From Vicinamibacterales bacterium (GTDB taxonomy: Bacteria; Acidobacteriota; Vicinamibacteria; Vicinamibacterales; UBA2999): a stretch of DNA of 64,000 nt. The translations under genes were made by a program, and so were the position numbers. This document shows, one piece after another, positions 27,746 through 39,800 of this stretch (position 1 is the stretch's first letter; each line of letters opens with the position of its first letter). The stretch covers positions 6,868 through 70,867 of the forward strand of contig JBCKZH010000002.1 of the NCBI GenBank assembly GCA_038919385.1. Reading direction: 5' to 3'. The notes beneath the pieces are model-generated. The model made no database searches. It saw nothing but the letters and a program-made list of their open reading frames with translations, and had not been told where the DNA came from.

Positions 27746-29236
27746 CTACGACGAGGCGCGTGGCGCCCGAATTCCGCGGCCGGGTCTGGCGGCGGTCACG
27801 GCCCCACCGTCCACCACGACCTGGCCGCCGACGATGACGAAGGGAATGCCCGCGGACGGGATGGTCGCGTCCTCGTAGGTGGCACGGTCGATCACGGAGG
27901 CGGGGTCAAAGATGGTCAGGTCCGCGTCGGCGCCGACCTTCACGCGGCCTTTGGCGGCCATCGCCGGGGCGCGGCGCTCGAGGCGCCGGGCGGGTTCGAG
28001 CGTCATCTTCCGCAGGGCCTCCATCAGCCCGATCGCCCGCTCCTCGCGCACGAAGCGGCCGAGCACCTTGGCGTAGGTGCCGGACGTGCGCGGGTGGCCG
28101 CGACCGTTCTCGATGAAGCCGTCGCTGGCAATCATCGACAGGGGGCTGGCGATGGCCACGCGGGTCTGGGCCTCGGACCGCCCGTGGATGATCACGGTGC
28201 CGCCGGCGGCGCGGGCTTTCTCAAACGTCTCGCGCGTGAGTCGTTCGCCGGTCGACACGAGCTGGTGCTGGGCGTAGCGCTCGGCGGGCCACGTCTTCCA
28301 GTCGTCGAAGAGCGCCGACTGGATCTCGGTCATGCCGGCGCCGTACGGGTACGCCTCGGTGGTCACGTCCTGCCCGGCCTCGCGGGCCGCCCGGATCATC
28401 GAGAGGAAGGCATCGATGTCGTCTCCACCCGACGAGTTCACGTGCACGAGGTGCAGCGCGGCGCCGGCCGAACGGGCGGCGGCGATGGTCTCCTGGAGGC
28501 CGTCCACCCCGCCCCGCATGTGGATGTGCGCCGAGGCGCCGCCGGCCGCGGCCACGAGGAACATGCGCTCGATCTCGCTCATCGGCGCGCCCGGCGTATA
28601 GGCGCTGCCGAAGCCGACGGCCACGGCGCCTTGCGCGAGCCCCTCGCGGAGAACGGCCTCCATCGCTGCCATCTGCCGATCGTCAGCGGCGCCGCTGCCG
28701 CCGATGCCGGCCGGCAGCAGGCCTCGGCCGGGGTCGCCGAGGACCTTCATGCGGGCGGGAATGTGCCCGACGGCGACGCCGTGATTCACGATCTGCCCAC
28801 CCTCGCGCGCCGCGTACCACGCGGCCACGTCGCCGGTGCCCACCTCGAGTTCGAAGGCGGACGTGACGCCATCGCGCACCATCATCCGGTACGACTCTTC
28901 CTGCTGACCGTGCTCATGGAGGTCTACGAACCCGGGGGCCACGACGTGCCCCGTCGCATCGATCGCACGGGCGCCCGTCAGCGGCGCCTCCGAGACGGCC
29001 GCGATGCGACCGCCGCGAATGCCCACGTGGCGCACGCCGTCGAGGCCCGATTCGGGATCCATGACGCGCCCATTGGCGATCACCAGGTCGTAGTCGGGTG
29101 GCGGTGGGGGCGCGGGCGCACACGCGCCGGTTGCCGCGACGATCGTCAGCAGCAGCATCACTCCGGCCGATCGCCCATCACGCATCGTGGTTCCTCCCGG
29201 GTGCGCGCCGGCCGGAACGGCCGGGGCGCGCGTCAT
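27746..29236 (-). CDS. D-aminoacylase / N-acyl-D-amino-acid deacylase-family amidohydrolase, exported
   Basis: YDLVIANGRVMDP...ATGHVVAPGFVDLHEHG; N-terminal hydrophobic signal. Confidence 0.8.
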   Translation of the reverse strand: MTRAPAVPAGAHPGGTTMRDGRSAGVMLLLTIVAATGACAPAPPPPPDYDLVIANGRVMDPESGLDGVRHVGIRGGRIAAVSEAPLTGARAIDATGHVVAPGFVDLHEHGQQEESYRMMVRDGVTSAFELEVGTGDVAAWYAAREGGQIVNHGVAVGHIPARMKVLGDPGRGLLPAGIGGSGAADDRQMAAMEAVLREGLAQGAVAVGFGSAYTPGAPMSEIERMFLVAAAGGASAHIHMRGGVDGLQETIAAARSAGAALHLVHVNSSGGDDIDAFLSMIRAAREAGQDVTTEAYPYGAGMTEIQSALFDDWKTWPAERYAQHQLVSTGERLTRETFEKARAAGGTVIIHGRSEAQTRVAIASPLSMIASDGFIENGRGHPRTSGTYAKVLGRFVREERAIGLMEALRKMTLEPARRLERRAPAMAAKGRVKVGADADLTIFDPASVIDRATYEDATIPSAGIPFVIVGGQVVVDGGAVTAARPGRGIRAPRASS

Positions 29237-29276
29237 TCTACCCCGCCGTGACGACGATGACGCGGCGTGCCCGGCC

Positions 29277-29555
29277 CTACCGTTCGTACGGCCTCGACCA
29301 GTCTTCCCACATCAGATCGTCCACCCGTTCAAACTCGCGGACATTGGACGTGACCAGCGTGATCCCCCTCCGCACGGCCTGCCCGGCCAGCAACGCGTCG
29401 TAGGCGCCGACGGGTCGTCCCTCGCGCTCCAGCAACGCGCGCACTTCTCCCGCGGCCCTCCCGTCGGCCTCGTCAAACGGCAGGATGGAGATGGGGCCAG
29501 ACAGAAAGGCCTGGACGCGCTCGGTGTTGTAGTCGCGCCGGGCGCTCTTGGCCAC
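29277..29555 (-). pseudogene. vapC: PIN-domain VapC toxin, 5'-truncated
   Basis: ILPFDEADGRAAGEVRALLEREGRPVGAYDALLAGQAVRRGITLVTSNVREFERV; the N-terminal Asp-containing strand is missing; no antitoxin gene. Confidence 0.65.
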
Positions 29556-29562
29556 GTATAGA

Positions 29563-31875
29563 TCACCGCAAGAGGGCAGTCGGCACCTTCGGCGCCGCCG
29601 GCTCTTCCTCCAGCGACTTCAACACGTCGCGCCACGAGAACTTCTTTCCCATGCCGCGCACGTAGTGGTCCATCCAAGCCATCTCGGCGACCGACTTGAC
29701 GAGCTGGTTGCGCGGGTCCGGAATTCCGTGGGTGTTGCCGGGATACATGAAGAGCTCGGTCGGCACACCCAGCTGCTTCAGTGCCATGTGCAGCTCGACC
29801 GACTGCGGGCTCGGCACGCGCGGATCGCCCTCCACCACATGAATCATCGTCGGGGTCTTCGCGTTCTTGATGTACTTGAGCGGCGACTGGTTCCAATAGG
29901 CGTCGAAGTCGTCGTAGGGGAGTTTGCCGCCCAGGTAGAACTGGCGGTTGCGCTGCACGTCGCTTTGCGCGTACATCGAGATCCAGTTCATGGTGCCCGC
30001 GCCGGTGCTGATGGCCTTGAACCGGTCGGTGTGTGTCAGGATCCAGTTGGACCAGTGGCCGCCCGCGCTCCAGCCGAGCGCGCCCATGCGAGCCGGATCG
30101 GCGATGCCCTGCGCGATCAGATGGTCCACGCCCGCCATGATGTCGTCGTAGCCGGGCGCCATGTAGTTGCCGACGATGCCGGTCTTGAGCTTGTTGCCGT
30201 AGTTGGTGGAGCCGCGGTAGTTCGGCCGGAGCACCACATACCCGGCCCCGGCGTACACCTGCGAGCCGTAGCCGCCGTTGAACGACAGCACGTCGGCCGA
30301 CGCCGGCCCGCCGTGAATGGCGACCATGAGCGGATACCGCTGACCGGCCTGGTAGCCGACGGGCCTGACGAGCACGCCGCCGACCATCGTGCCGTCCTTC
30401 GACTTCCATGCGATCTCTTCCTGCTGGCCGAGCGCGAATCCACGCACCTGCGGGTTTGGGTCGGTCAGCTGTCGCCACGTGGACCGCGTGCTGGCGTTGG
30501 CCACCTCGTCGACCGTGAAGATCGTCGGCGGCGTCGTGCCGTCGGAATAGTTGATGAGCAGCACACCCGTATCCGGGTCTTCGCTCATCGAGACGCTGGC
30601 CTTCTCTTCGGTGAGCGGCCGCGTCGTGTTGAACTTCACGTCGAGCGCCACCACCCGATCGGTGGCCCTGACGCCCTCGTTGAAGTAGATCGTGGCGCCG
30701 TCCTTCGACCAGAATCCCACGCTCACGTCGCCGTCGAACGACTCGCCGAGCTTGCGGAACGGCTTGCCTCGGTCGGCGACGGCGCGCACGTAGACGCGGG
30801 TATTGCTCATGCTGTAGGTCTGCATGTCGTCGGGGCCCGAGAAGGCCAGCCACTGGCTGTCGGGCGAGAAGCGGATGCCGCTCTCGCCGATCTCGGCGTT
30901 GCTCGTCAGCCGCTCGATGGCGCCGCTGCCGGTGTCGAGCAGATACAGGTCGCCGTAGATGTTCTCGGACGTGATCCCGCGCTGGTACCGATTCGGCGAC
31001 AGCCCCCGGAACCCCACCCACTTGCCGTCTTTCGAAATCGTGAAGTCGTCCGCCGAGTACGCGCCGCCCTCGGTGAGGCGCCTGGTCGTCCCGGTTCCCG
31101 CCGCGGCCAGATCGACCGCCCACAGGCTGGCGACCGGCGTTTCCGGATTGCGGATGTCAACGGTGAACTTCTTGTCGCGCCGAGCCTTCTCGTCTTCATC
31201 GATCGAATCGGGCGTCACGAAGTAGATGCGCGCGCCGTCGGGCGCCCACTGCCACGTGCCCACCCCGGTGGGATGCTTGGTGATCTGTTCAACTGTCGCC
31301 GTCGTGAGGCCCGCGACCGGCCGCCGGTAGAGCTGTTCCTCGCCGGCCTTGCCGCTCCGATAGGCGAGCCATCCGCCGCTGCGACTGAGAGCGAAATCCG
31401 ACACGCCGTCCTTCGCGTCGGTGAGGCGCTGAGCCTCGCCGCCGTCGGGCCGCATCACGTAGAGCTGGTTGCGCGACGAGGCGCTCTCGGGCGCCTCGCG
31501 GTTCGACAGGAACACGAAGGCCGTGCCGTCCGGCACCCACCGGGGCGAGGTCTCGTTCTTCTCCTTCGTGAACGTCAATTGGCGCGTGGACGCCACACCC
31601 TGCCGGGTTGACACCAGGTAGAGATCGGTCTGCCGCTTCGCCTCCTTCCAGTCCGGCGTCGACAGCGTGTAGAGCAGCCACGTGCCGTCCGGGCTCGGTG
31701 TGGGCGAACCCACCTGCCGCATCTGCTGCATGTCCAGGAAGGTCATCGGCCTGGGCTGATTGCCGGCCTGCCGGGCATCGACCGCGGGTGCCGTGAACAG
31801 TGCCCACGCGGGCGCGACGAGAAGCGCAACGATGGTGAGGGCGCGCCGGACGGCGGTGGGATGCGGAACGGGCAT
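29563..31875 (-). CDS. S9-family serine peptidase with an N-terminal beta-propeller, exported
   Basis: GWSAGGHWSNW nucleophile elbow; signal peptide; propeller repeats. Confidence 0.9.
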   Translation of the reverse strand: MPVPHPTAVRRALTIVALLVAPAWALFTAPAVDARQAGNQPRPMTFLDMQQMRQVGSPTPSPDGTWLLYTLSTPDWKEAKRQTDLYLVSTRQGVASTRQLTFTKEKNETSPRWVPDGTAFVFLSNREAPESASSRNQLYVMRPDGGEAQRLTDAKDGVSDFALSRSGGWLAYRSGKAGEEQLYRRPVAGLTTATVEQITKHPTGVGTWQWAPDGARIYFVTPDSIDEDEKARRDKKFTVDIRNPETPVASLWAVDLAAAGTGTTRRLTEGGAYSADDFTISKDGKWVGFRGLSPNRYQRGITSENIYGDLYLLDTGSGAIERLTSNAEIGESGIRFSPDSQWLAFSGPDDMQTYSMSNTRVYVRAVADRGKPFRKLGESFDGDVSVGFWSKDGATIYFNEGVRATDRVVALDVKFNTTRPLTEEKASVSMSEDPDTGVLLINYSDGTTPPTIFTVDEVANASTRSTWRQLTDPNPQVRGFALGQQEEIAWKSKDGTMVGGVLVRPVGYQAGQRYPLMVAIHGGPASADVLSFNGGYGSQVYAGAGYVVLRPNYRGSTNYGNKLKTGIVGNYMAPGYDDIMAGVDHLIAQGIADPARMGALGWSAGGHWSNWILTHTDRFKAISTGAGTMNWISMYAQSDVQRNRQFYLGGKLPYDDFDAYWNQSPLKYIKNAKTPTMIHVVEGDPRVPSPQSVELHMALKQLGVPTELFMYPGNTHGIPDPRNQLVKSVAEMAWMDHYVRGMGKKFSWRDVLKSLEEEPAAPKVPTALLR

Positions 31876-31983
31876 GGTGGTCTCCAGGAGAACGTGAGCC
31901 TCTAGTTAACGCGTCTTGCAAGCCCAGGTCAATCCTTGATTCCCAGTTGCGGCCGGCGATCCGCGAGCTTGGGCGCTGACGCG

Positions 31984-33207
31984 CTACACCAGCCGCCGCG
32001 GCAGCAGCGCGCTCATCTTCGTGATGAGCGGCAGGAAGCCCACGCCGGTGCGCGACGCAACCTCGACAGGCAGGATCGCCGGGTTTTCGGGGCCGACGAG
32101 CGTGGCCGTGTCGCCCAACTTGACCGGCGCGTCGAGGCCGACATCCACCAGCGTGTGCGCCGAGGCCACGCCGCCTGACACCACCGGGAACAGCCGGTCG
32201 CCAATCAGCACCTCGCACTTGCCGCCGGCTGTAGAGGGGTATCCATCCGTGTGCCCGACCGGCAGCAGTGCCACCCGCGTGGGCTGCGTGACCATGAAGC
32301 CGCGCCGGAATCCAGCGCTCTCGCCGGGTTCCACCCGTTCAAGCCGCGCCACGCGCGCGCGCAGGCGGAACACGGGCTTCAGGTCCACCGATTGCGTCAC
32401 GTCCGTGCCGGGAAACGCGCCGAACAGCGCGTTGCCGACCCGCACCATGTCGAAGTGCGACTCGGGCAGGCGATAGAGTTCGTAGGTCGGCGCCGCGTGG
32501 ACGATGCCGGGCTTGAACCCCTGTGCGGCGGCGTCGGCTAGGACCCCCTTGAAGCGATCCAACTGCACGCGGTCGTAGTCCATGGTGTGGACGAACAGCT
32601 GATAAGTGCCCTCGATCCGCACGTTCGGCCGCTTGGCGACCTCCAGCATCCAGGGCACCGCTCGGCGCACCGGCATGCCCTCGCGGTTCATCCCGGTGTC
32701 GAGGAACAGGTGCACCGGCGCGGGTCGGCGCGCCTTCGCGGCGATGCGCTCCAGTCGCTCCGGCGCGTCGTCCAACCAGCACGACAGCGTAACGCCGTTA
32801 CGGACGAGCTCCACCGATTCGCTCTCGCCTAGTTCGGCCATCGTGAGCAGCGTCTTCTTGACCCCGGCGGCGCGCATGGCCAGCGCCTCGGCCGGCCGCA
32901 CGCACGCGATGCCCGCGACCTCCGCGCACCGATCGAGCAAGGGCCCGATGATGGCGTCGCCCAGACCGTAGGCGTTGTTCTTGACGACGGCGATGATCGG
33001 TCGCCCGCCGGCGAGGCGCGACACCTCTCTCGCGTTGTGACGGAAATGGTCGCCGATGATCTCGATCCACGGGTCGAAGCCGTGGTCGTCGCCGCCGGCG
33101 CGCAGGCGGGTGGTGGCGCTCTGTGAGACCGCCGCCCCAGGCTCCACAACGGTCGCCGCGATCGCCGCCGCCGCCGTGCCGAGAAACGATCGTCTGTCGA
33201 TGCTCAT
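31984..33207 (-). CDS. Tat-signal alanine-racemase-family protein (intact paralog)
   Basis: [19 protein letters not shown]; [12 protein letters not shown]; [16 protein letters not shown]. Confidence 0.85.
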   Translation of the reverse strand: MSIDRRSFLGTAAAAIAATVVEPGAAVSQSATTRLRAGGDDHGFDPWIEIIGDHFRHNAREVSRLAGGRPIIAVVKNNAYGLGDAIIGPLLDRCAEVAGIACVRPAEALAMRAAGVKKTLLTMAELGESESVELVRNGVTLSCWLDDAPERLERIAAKARRPAPVHLFLDTGMNREGMPVRRAVPWMLEVAKRPNVRIEGTYQLFVHTMDYDRVQLDRFKGVLADAAAQGFKPGIVHAAPTYELYRLPESHFDMVRVGNALFGAFPGTDVTQSVDLKPVFRLRARVARLERVEPGESAGFRRGFMVTQPTRVALLPVGHTDGYPSTAGGKCEVLIGDRLFPVVSGGVASAHTLVDVGLDAPVKLGDTATLVGPENPAILPVEVASRTGVGFLPLITKMSALLPRRLV

Positions 33208-33261
33208 GCTGGTCCTCGCGAAGTCTGGTATGGGCAGCCTAGGTTCGCGGGCGCCGTCGGC

Positions 33262-33708
33262 GTGCTCACCCGCCGGGAAATCGAAGCCCGTATGCTGGCC
33301 CCCATTATCGACGCCCTCGGCCACGAATTCGGCCGCGCGCGGGTGGTCGAGATTGTATCCGACGTCATCGTCGCCATCGCTCGCGATCGGGGCCGCGCCA
33401 TGGCGGAGGCGCAGGGCGGCCGCTCGCTCGCCGTATTCGCCGGCACCCTCGAACCCTGGACCCGAGACGACGCCATGCGCATCGAGGTGCTCGATCAGAC
33501 CGATGACCGCCTGTCGTTTGACGTGACCCGGTGCCGCTACGCCGAGATGTACCGGGCCCTCGGCATTCCCGAGCTTGGCGCCGTCTTGTCCTGCAACCGC
33601 GATGCCGCGCTGATCGAGGGCTTTAATCCCGACATCACACTGACGCGAACGGACACGATCATGCAGGGCGCCGACCACTGCAACTTCCGGTATCGCGCCA
33701 AGCCCTGA
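33262..33708 (+). CDS. L-2-amino-thiazoline-4-carboxylic-acid (ATC) hydrolase-family protein
   Basis: GTG start; [38 protein letters not shown]...HCNFRY. Confidence 0.7.
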   Translation: MLTRREIEARMLAPIIDALGHEFGRARVVEIVSDVIVAIARDRGRAMAEAQGGRSLAVFAGTLEPWTRDDAMRIEVLDQTDDRLSFDVTRCRYAEMYRALGIPELGAVLSCNRDAALIEGFNPDITLTRTDTIMQGADHCNFRYRAKP

Positions 33709-33810
33709 TTCCTGATTCCTGCATTCAGTGAAGCCCCGAGCAGATCGGCCGATATTCGTATTGCCTGGTCGTTCGCGGCCACATTATCCTGAATCGCTGG
33801 AGCCATTGAG

Positions 33811-35693
33811 ATGACACGCCGCGGGTGGATGACTGTGGGTGTGGCCGGGGGCGCCGTCGCTCTGTTTGGCGCGGCGGCCGCGGCGGCGGGCGGTTTCACG
33901 TTCACCACGCTGGCCGGGGCGCCCGGCACCGTGGTCAACAGCAAGGACGGCACCGGCACCGAGGCGCAGTTCGATGCGCCGCGGGGCGTGGCCATCGACA
34001 CCGCGGGCAACGTCTACGTCGGCGACGCCACCAACAACACGCTTCGAAAGGTCACGCCAGCCGGCGTGGTCACCACGCTCGCGGGCACGGCGGGCTCCGG
34101 CGCGCCCACCAACGGCACCGGCGCGGCCGCGCGGTTCAACGAACCCTTCGGCGTGGCCGTCGACAGCGCAGGGAACGTGTATGTGGCGGACGCGTCGAAC
34201 AACGCGATCCGCAAGGTCACCGCCGCGGGCGTGGTGACGACGTTCGCCGGGAGCGGCTCGGCCGGCACGACCGACGGCACCGGCACGGCCGCGCGGTTCG
34301 ATGAGCCGCGAGGCATCGCGATCGACTCGAGCGGCACGCTGTACGTGGCCGACTACGACAACCACTTGATCCGGAAGATCACCAGCGCCGGCGTCGTCAC
34401 GACCCTCGCGGGTGCGGCCGACGCCGCGGGCGGCGCCGATGGCACCGGCACCGCCGCGTCGTTTCGCGGGCCGATGGGGATCGCCGTGTCGACCTCGGGC
34501 GTCATCTACGTCGCCGACTCGGGCAATCGCGCCATCCGGAGGATTACGGCCGCCGGTGTTGTCACGACGCTCTCGCTGACGGGCTCGCCGTTGTCGGAAC
34601 CGCGCGGTTCAACTATCCGTCCGGCCTGGCCGTCACCGCGACGGGCACGATCATCGTGGCCGACACCGACAGCGACACGATCCGATCGATCGCCGCCAAC
34701 GGCGTGGTGACGACGCTCGCGGGGCTCGCGGGGCGCACGAGCACGACCGATGGCGCCGGCAGCGCCGCGCGATTCGAGGACCCGTTCGCGACGGCGGTGG
34801 ACGCCAACGGCGTTGTCTATGTCGCCGACAGCGCCGCGCACGTCATCCGCCGGATCACCGCAGACGGCGTGGTCACGACGTACGCGGGCACTCCCGGCAG
34901 CTTCGGCATCGATGATGGCACGGGGTGGAACGCGCGGTTCTACTCTCCCTTCGGCGTGGCCGTGGATTCCGCGGGTCATGTCTACGTCGCGGACTCGCTG
35001 AACGGCACGATTCGCAAGATCGGCCTCGGCGGCGTGGTCACAACGCTCGCGGGCGCGGCGGGGGTCCGCGGGAGCACGGACGGCACGGGCACGGCGGCGC
35101 GATTCGGCCAGCCGTTCGGCATTGCCGTTGACGGCACCGGCACCATCTTCGTGTCGGACGCATCCAACAGCAACGTCCGTAAGATCACGGCCGCGGGCGT
35201 CGTCACCACGCTGGCGGGAACGGCCGGTGCGAACGGCAGCGCCGACGGCACGGGGACGGCGGCCCGCTTCACGGTGCCGTACGCCGTGGCCATCGACACC
35301 GCCGGGACGCTGTTCGTCGTGGACCACGGCAACCACACCATCCGCAACGTCACCTCGGCCGGCGTCGTCACCACTCTGGCCGGTACGGCGGGCAGCGAGG
35401 GCAACACGGACGGCTCCGGCGCGGCGGCGCGCTTCCGGTACCCTTCCGGCGTGGCCGTCGATCGCAGCGGCAATGTCTTCGTGGCCGACACCGACAACCA
35501 CGCCATCCGCCAGATCACGTCCTCCGGCGTGGTCACGACCGTGGGCGGCGGCAGCACGACCGGCTCGACCGACGGCGCCGGCACGGCGGCAAAGTTCTTC
35601 AACCCGAAAGGCATTGCCGCCGATTCCGCCGGCAACCTCTACATCGCCGACCGCGGAAACCGCACGATCCGCAAGGGCGCCGCCGACCGCTGA
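33811..35693 (+). pseudogene. NHL-repeat beta-propeller protein (~11 repeats) split by a frameshift near 34570-34600
   Basis: Repeating GTG.AARF..P.G.A.D..G..YVAD..N..IRK.T..GVVTT.AG units; the repeat at the junction is shortened and the frame changes. Confidence 0.75.
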
Positions 35694-35738
35694 GCCTCCG
35701 TCCAGCTCGTTGATGTATGGTGGCAGGAGCAGGCCACC

Positions 35739-36397
35739 ATGGCCGGATCCCGTCGCGGCTCCCGCCAGACGCTCCGTCGCTTCGCCCTCGTGGGTGCGTG
35801 CCTCTGTCTGCTCGCGCGGTCGAGGACGACGCCGGCCTCATCGTGTTGCGCCTGGACACGCCGGGCGGCCTCGACACGGCGATGCGCGACATCATCAAGG
35901 ACATCATCGCGTCGCCCATTCCCGTGGCGACGTTCGTCCATCCCGGCGGCGCCCGCGCGGCCAGCGCCGGCACCTACATCCTGTATGCCTCGCATATCGC
36001 CGCGATGGCGCCGGCCACGAACCTCGGGGCCGCCACGCCGATCGCGTTTATGGGCGGGCCGGCCACCGAGCCCGCGTCCGAACCGGCTCAGCCGCCCAGC
36101 GGCGACGCGGTCGCGGCCGGGAACGCCGCGCCGGCGCCAGCCGATGCGTCGTCGCGAAAGCAGATCTCCGACGCCACCGCGTACATCCGCAGCCTGGCGC
36201 AACTGCGGGGGCGCAATGAAGAGTGGGCCGAGAAGGCGGTGCGCGAGGCCGTGAGCCTGCCGGCGGACGAGGCGGTCGCGCTCAAGGTCGTCGACCTGAT
36301 CGCTCGCGACGTGCCCGACCTGCTGGCCCAGATCGACGGTCGCGCGATCGCGCTGCCGTCGGGCACGGTGACCCAACTGTCGCGGACCACGTCGTAG
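35739..36397 (+). pseudogene. NfeD-type membrane-bound serine protease: signal-peptide part and ClpP-like core in different frames, C-terminus missing
   Basis: LIVLRLDTPGGLDTAMRDII...GGARAASAGTYILYASHIAAMAPATNLGAATP; the upstream signal peptide is in another frame; the ORF stops before the TM/NfeD C-terminal domain. Confidence 0.65.
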
Positions 36398-36775
36398 ATC
36401 CACGATCCGTGTTCGGGCCCGGGGTTCCCGCAGCAGATGATGGCGTCGCCGACGATGCCGGCGGATTGGCCGAAGACAGGGTACCTGGAATCGGCGTCGC
36501 GGTTTCCCAGGTGTTGCGGGCGGGGGTGAGAACGACACGGATCTGACCGAGGGCCGGGACGCCGAGGTTTTGCAATTGCCGCGACTACCTTCGCCGCGCC
36601 ACCGGCGTGCACTCCGACATGCACCAGCCGGGGTCCGCGGCGATACGGACTGGATCACCTAACTGGACGGACTCCGGCACGATCGAGGGCAAGCGCTTCG
36701 CGTCACGCGGCAAGTCCACGCGTATCTGCGTCCGCGAGGGTGGACGCTGCCCTGCATTCACGGGCGCGGCCGTGC

Positions 36776-36815
36776 CCTAAAAAGGAAACGGCCGGAGCCA
36801 CGAGGCCCCGGCCGT
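36776..36815 (-). terminator. rho-independent terminator of the TonB-dependent receptor gene
   Basis: Minus-strand CGGCCGGGGCC-TCGT-GGCTCCGGCCG followed by TTTCCTTTTT. Confidence 0.65.
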
Positions 36816-36841
36816 CATCGGTCTTCGGGAAGTGTCCCCGC

Positions 36842-39800
36842 CTAGAACCGGGTGACCACCGTCATCTGGAACGCCCGCGCCGGCTGCTGATTCGCCATCA
36901 GCAGGAAGTTCGAGCTCCAGCTCTGGTAGGCGCTGTTGTAGTTGTACTGCGTGTAGTTCCCGCCGTTGAACAGGTTGTAGATGTTCGCTGCCACCTCAAC
37001 CTGATACCGGCGGTACTTCACGACCTTGCCAAGCTTGAGTCCGGCCGTGGTGATCGTGGGCGCCAGGACCTGGCCCTCGCCGCGGGTACTGAACACGTAG
37101 CGGTTGCGCGTCCGCAGCGGGTTGGCCGCCGTTGATCCGTTCGCCAGCGTGAAGGTGGACGGGCCGTACTTGACCACGTCCGGATCGGTTGCCGACAGCT
37201 GATACAGCGGCGAACCCGACCAGGGGCCGGCCTGCACCGTGAGGTTGCCGGCGACGTTGATGCCGAAGGGCGCCTGCCACACGGCGCCGAAGTTGACGCG
37301 GTACTTCATCCAGGTCGGGCCGTAGCTGAGCGCGTTGCCCGTGTCCGGCAGTGAGTTGCCGTCGTTGTTGCCGCGCGGCATGTAGAGGTTCGCGTTGTTG
37401 GCGAAGTGGTCCGGCTGGACGAACCGGGCCGGGTCCGTGGGGTTCCACGTTCCGTCGATCTTGTGCCACTGCCGGTTGGCCCCGGCGATCAACTGGAACC
37501 CGTGCGACATGTTCTTCGTGACGGTCAGCTCCACCGCCTGGTACTTGAGCTGGCTCCACGTGTTGTTGGTCTGCTGCAGCACCTGCCCCTGATTGGGATC
37601 CACCAGTCCGAAGCCGCCGAAAGGCTGGCCGGGGCCGCTGGGGTAGATGCCGTTGATGTCGATGGTCGCCCACATGTGCTTGTAGGCGCGGTTGATGTAG
37701 CCGATGTCCATGCCGATCGAGCCGGGAAACTGCCGCCGGAACCCGGCGATGAACTCGTCGATGTAGGGCTGATGCAGGCCGGGGGCGATCTGCCGCGCGG
37801 CCAGCGCCGTCGACGACGCCGGCGCCAGCACCACCGTCTCGAACACGCCGTCGAGGTTGTTGTCGTACTCGCGGCGGAACGACACCGTGTCGTCCGCGCC
37901 GAAAATAGTCACGCCGTCGCGGCCCATGACCTGCTCGCCCAGGCGCGAGTAGCTGGCGCGCAGCACGTTCTTGGCGTCCTGCGTCAGCAGGTAGGTGGCG
38001 CCGATGCGCGGCTGCACCGTCCAGGAGTTCTGCCGGACGATGTTCTTGACCTCGTCCACGCGCCGGACGTAGTCGAACCGCATGCCGATGTTGGCCGTCA
38101 GCCGCGCGGTCGGCTTCCAGCTGTCCTGCGCGTAGAAGGCGTAGTTGCGGTCGCGCGCCTGCCGCGTCTGCAAGCTGACGGGCGTCGCATAGTCACGGCG
38201 GTACGCCCGCGTGCCGAGCGACGGGTTCGTGCCGTCCACGACCGTCCGGTACTCGCGGAAGAACCCGTCGTTCGTGTAGTCCGTCCGCTGGTCGTAGATG
38301 TTCTCCGGCTCGAGGAAGAAGCCGGTGCTGAACTCATGGGAGCCGGCCCAGCCTTCCTTGAAGTACGTCAGGTCGCCGCGGAGCAGCCAGAGCGACGCCG
38401 GCACGAACGTCCGCGTGGCGTTGTTGCCGCCCTCAAGAATCAGCGCGTTGCCGGTGATGAGGCCGCTCGAAATACGCGTGCCGTCGTAGACGACGAGGTT
38501 CGGACCCTGCGCATCGAAGCCGAACGCGCTGTAGGTGTCGTTGTCGTTGCCGCTCTTGTTGTTGTAGCCCACCGACAGCGTCGTCGTCATCCGCTGGCCC
38601 CACACCGAGGTGACCTTGCCGTTGTAGACGTTGCCGCCGTTCGAGTAGACGTTGATCGGGTCGAAGTAGTACGCCCAGTTGCTCTGCCCGTGCGTGCGGT
38701 CGCGCTGGAAGAAGCCCGAGAATTCATGGCCGCCGCCGAGCCGCGACGTGACCTTCACGTAGGGCTGGTAGCCCTTGATCTGCTGCGGGAAGAGCGTGGC
38801 GCCGGGGTAGTAGGCCTTGAGGTCATCCACGTTCTTCGAGTTGCGGCTGATCTGCGTTTCGACCGCGGACTTGCGGAACGAGCCGAAGAACCAGGCGCGG
38901 TTCTTGAGGATCGGCCCGCCGAAGGACCCATCGAACTGGCCGATGTCGGCCTGCACCGGCGTGCCGCCCGTGGACGTGCACTCGAGGTTCGGGCAGGTCG
39001 AGAACTGCGCCAGCGGACCGGTCAGTGCGTAGGTGGTCTTGTGGCCCGTGTTGTCGTTGCTCCAGCGGAGCGGCTGGTATGCGTAGCCCGCCGTGCCGCG
39101 GAAGGTGTTGCCGCCGCTCTTGGTGATCACGTTGATGGCGAGGCCCGTGCCCATCGGCGTGCCCGCGTCGGAACCGCCGGTCTTCACCTGCGTGTCCTGG
39201 ATCATGTCCGACCCCATCTGTACGTAGGTGAGCTGGAAGTCGTTGTAGTTGCCCACCTGCATGCCTTCGAGCTGTACGACGTGCGCGAAGTGCTCGGTGG
39301 CGTGGCCGAAATACACGGAGCGGCCGCTGCCGTCATCGAAGGGCCGCGAGTGGACGCCGGGCGTCTGCTCGAGGAAGTCCGTCCAGTTGCGGCGGGCGGC
39401 GAGCGGCATCGCCTTCTGGAACTCGCCGTCGATGTTGAGCACGTTGCCGGGCTTGCTGACCTCGAGCATCGGCGATGCGCCCGAGACGGTGATCGTCTCG
39501 GACAGTGCGCCCAGCTTGAGGACGATGTCCACCTGGAAGTTCACCGCCGCGCGGAGCAGGATGGCCTCGCGCTTGTAGACGGAAAACCCCGCGAGCTCCG
39601 CCGTGACGGCGTACTCGCCGGGCGGCAGGTTGATCAACCGGTAGTACCCCGTGCCGTCGGTCACGCCGGCGGCCGGCTGGATCATGTCCGGGCTGGTCGC
39701 CACTACGGTGACGCCCGGCAGGACGCCGCCCTGATCGTCCTTCACGTACCCACGGAGGCTGCTGCCCGTGGTTTGCGCTTCAAGCAAGAGCGCACTCGCC

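Noticed and set aside
33811-35693. NHL tandem repeats as template/variable repeats of a diversity-generating retroelement
   Set aside because: There is no reverse transcriptase or accessory gene nearby. Differences between repeats are spread over all positions rather than confined to adenine-templated sites. This is ordinary propeller-blade repetition.
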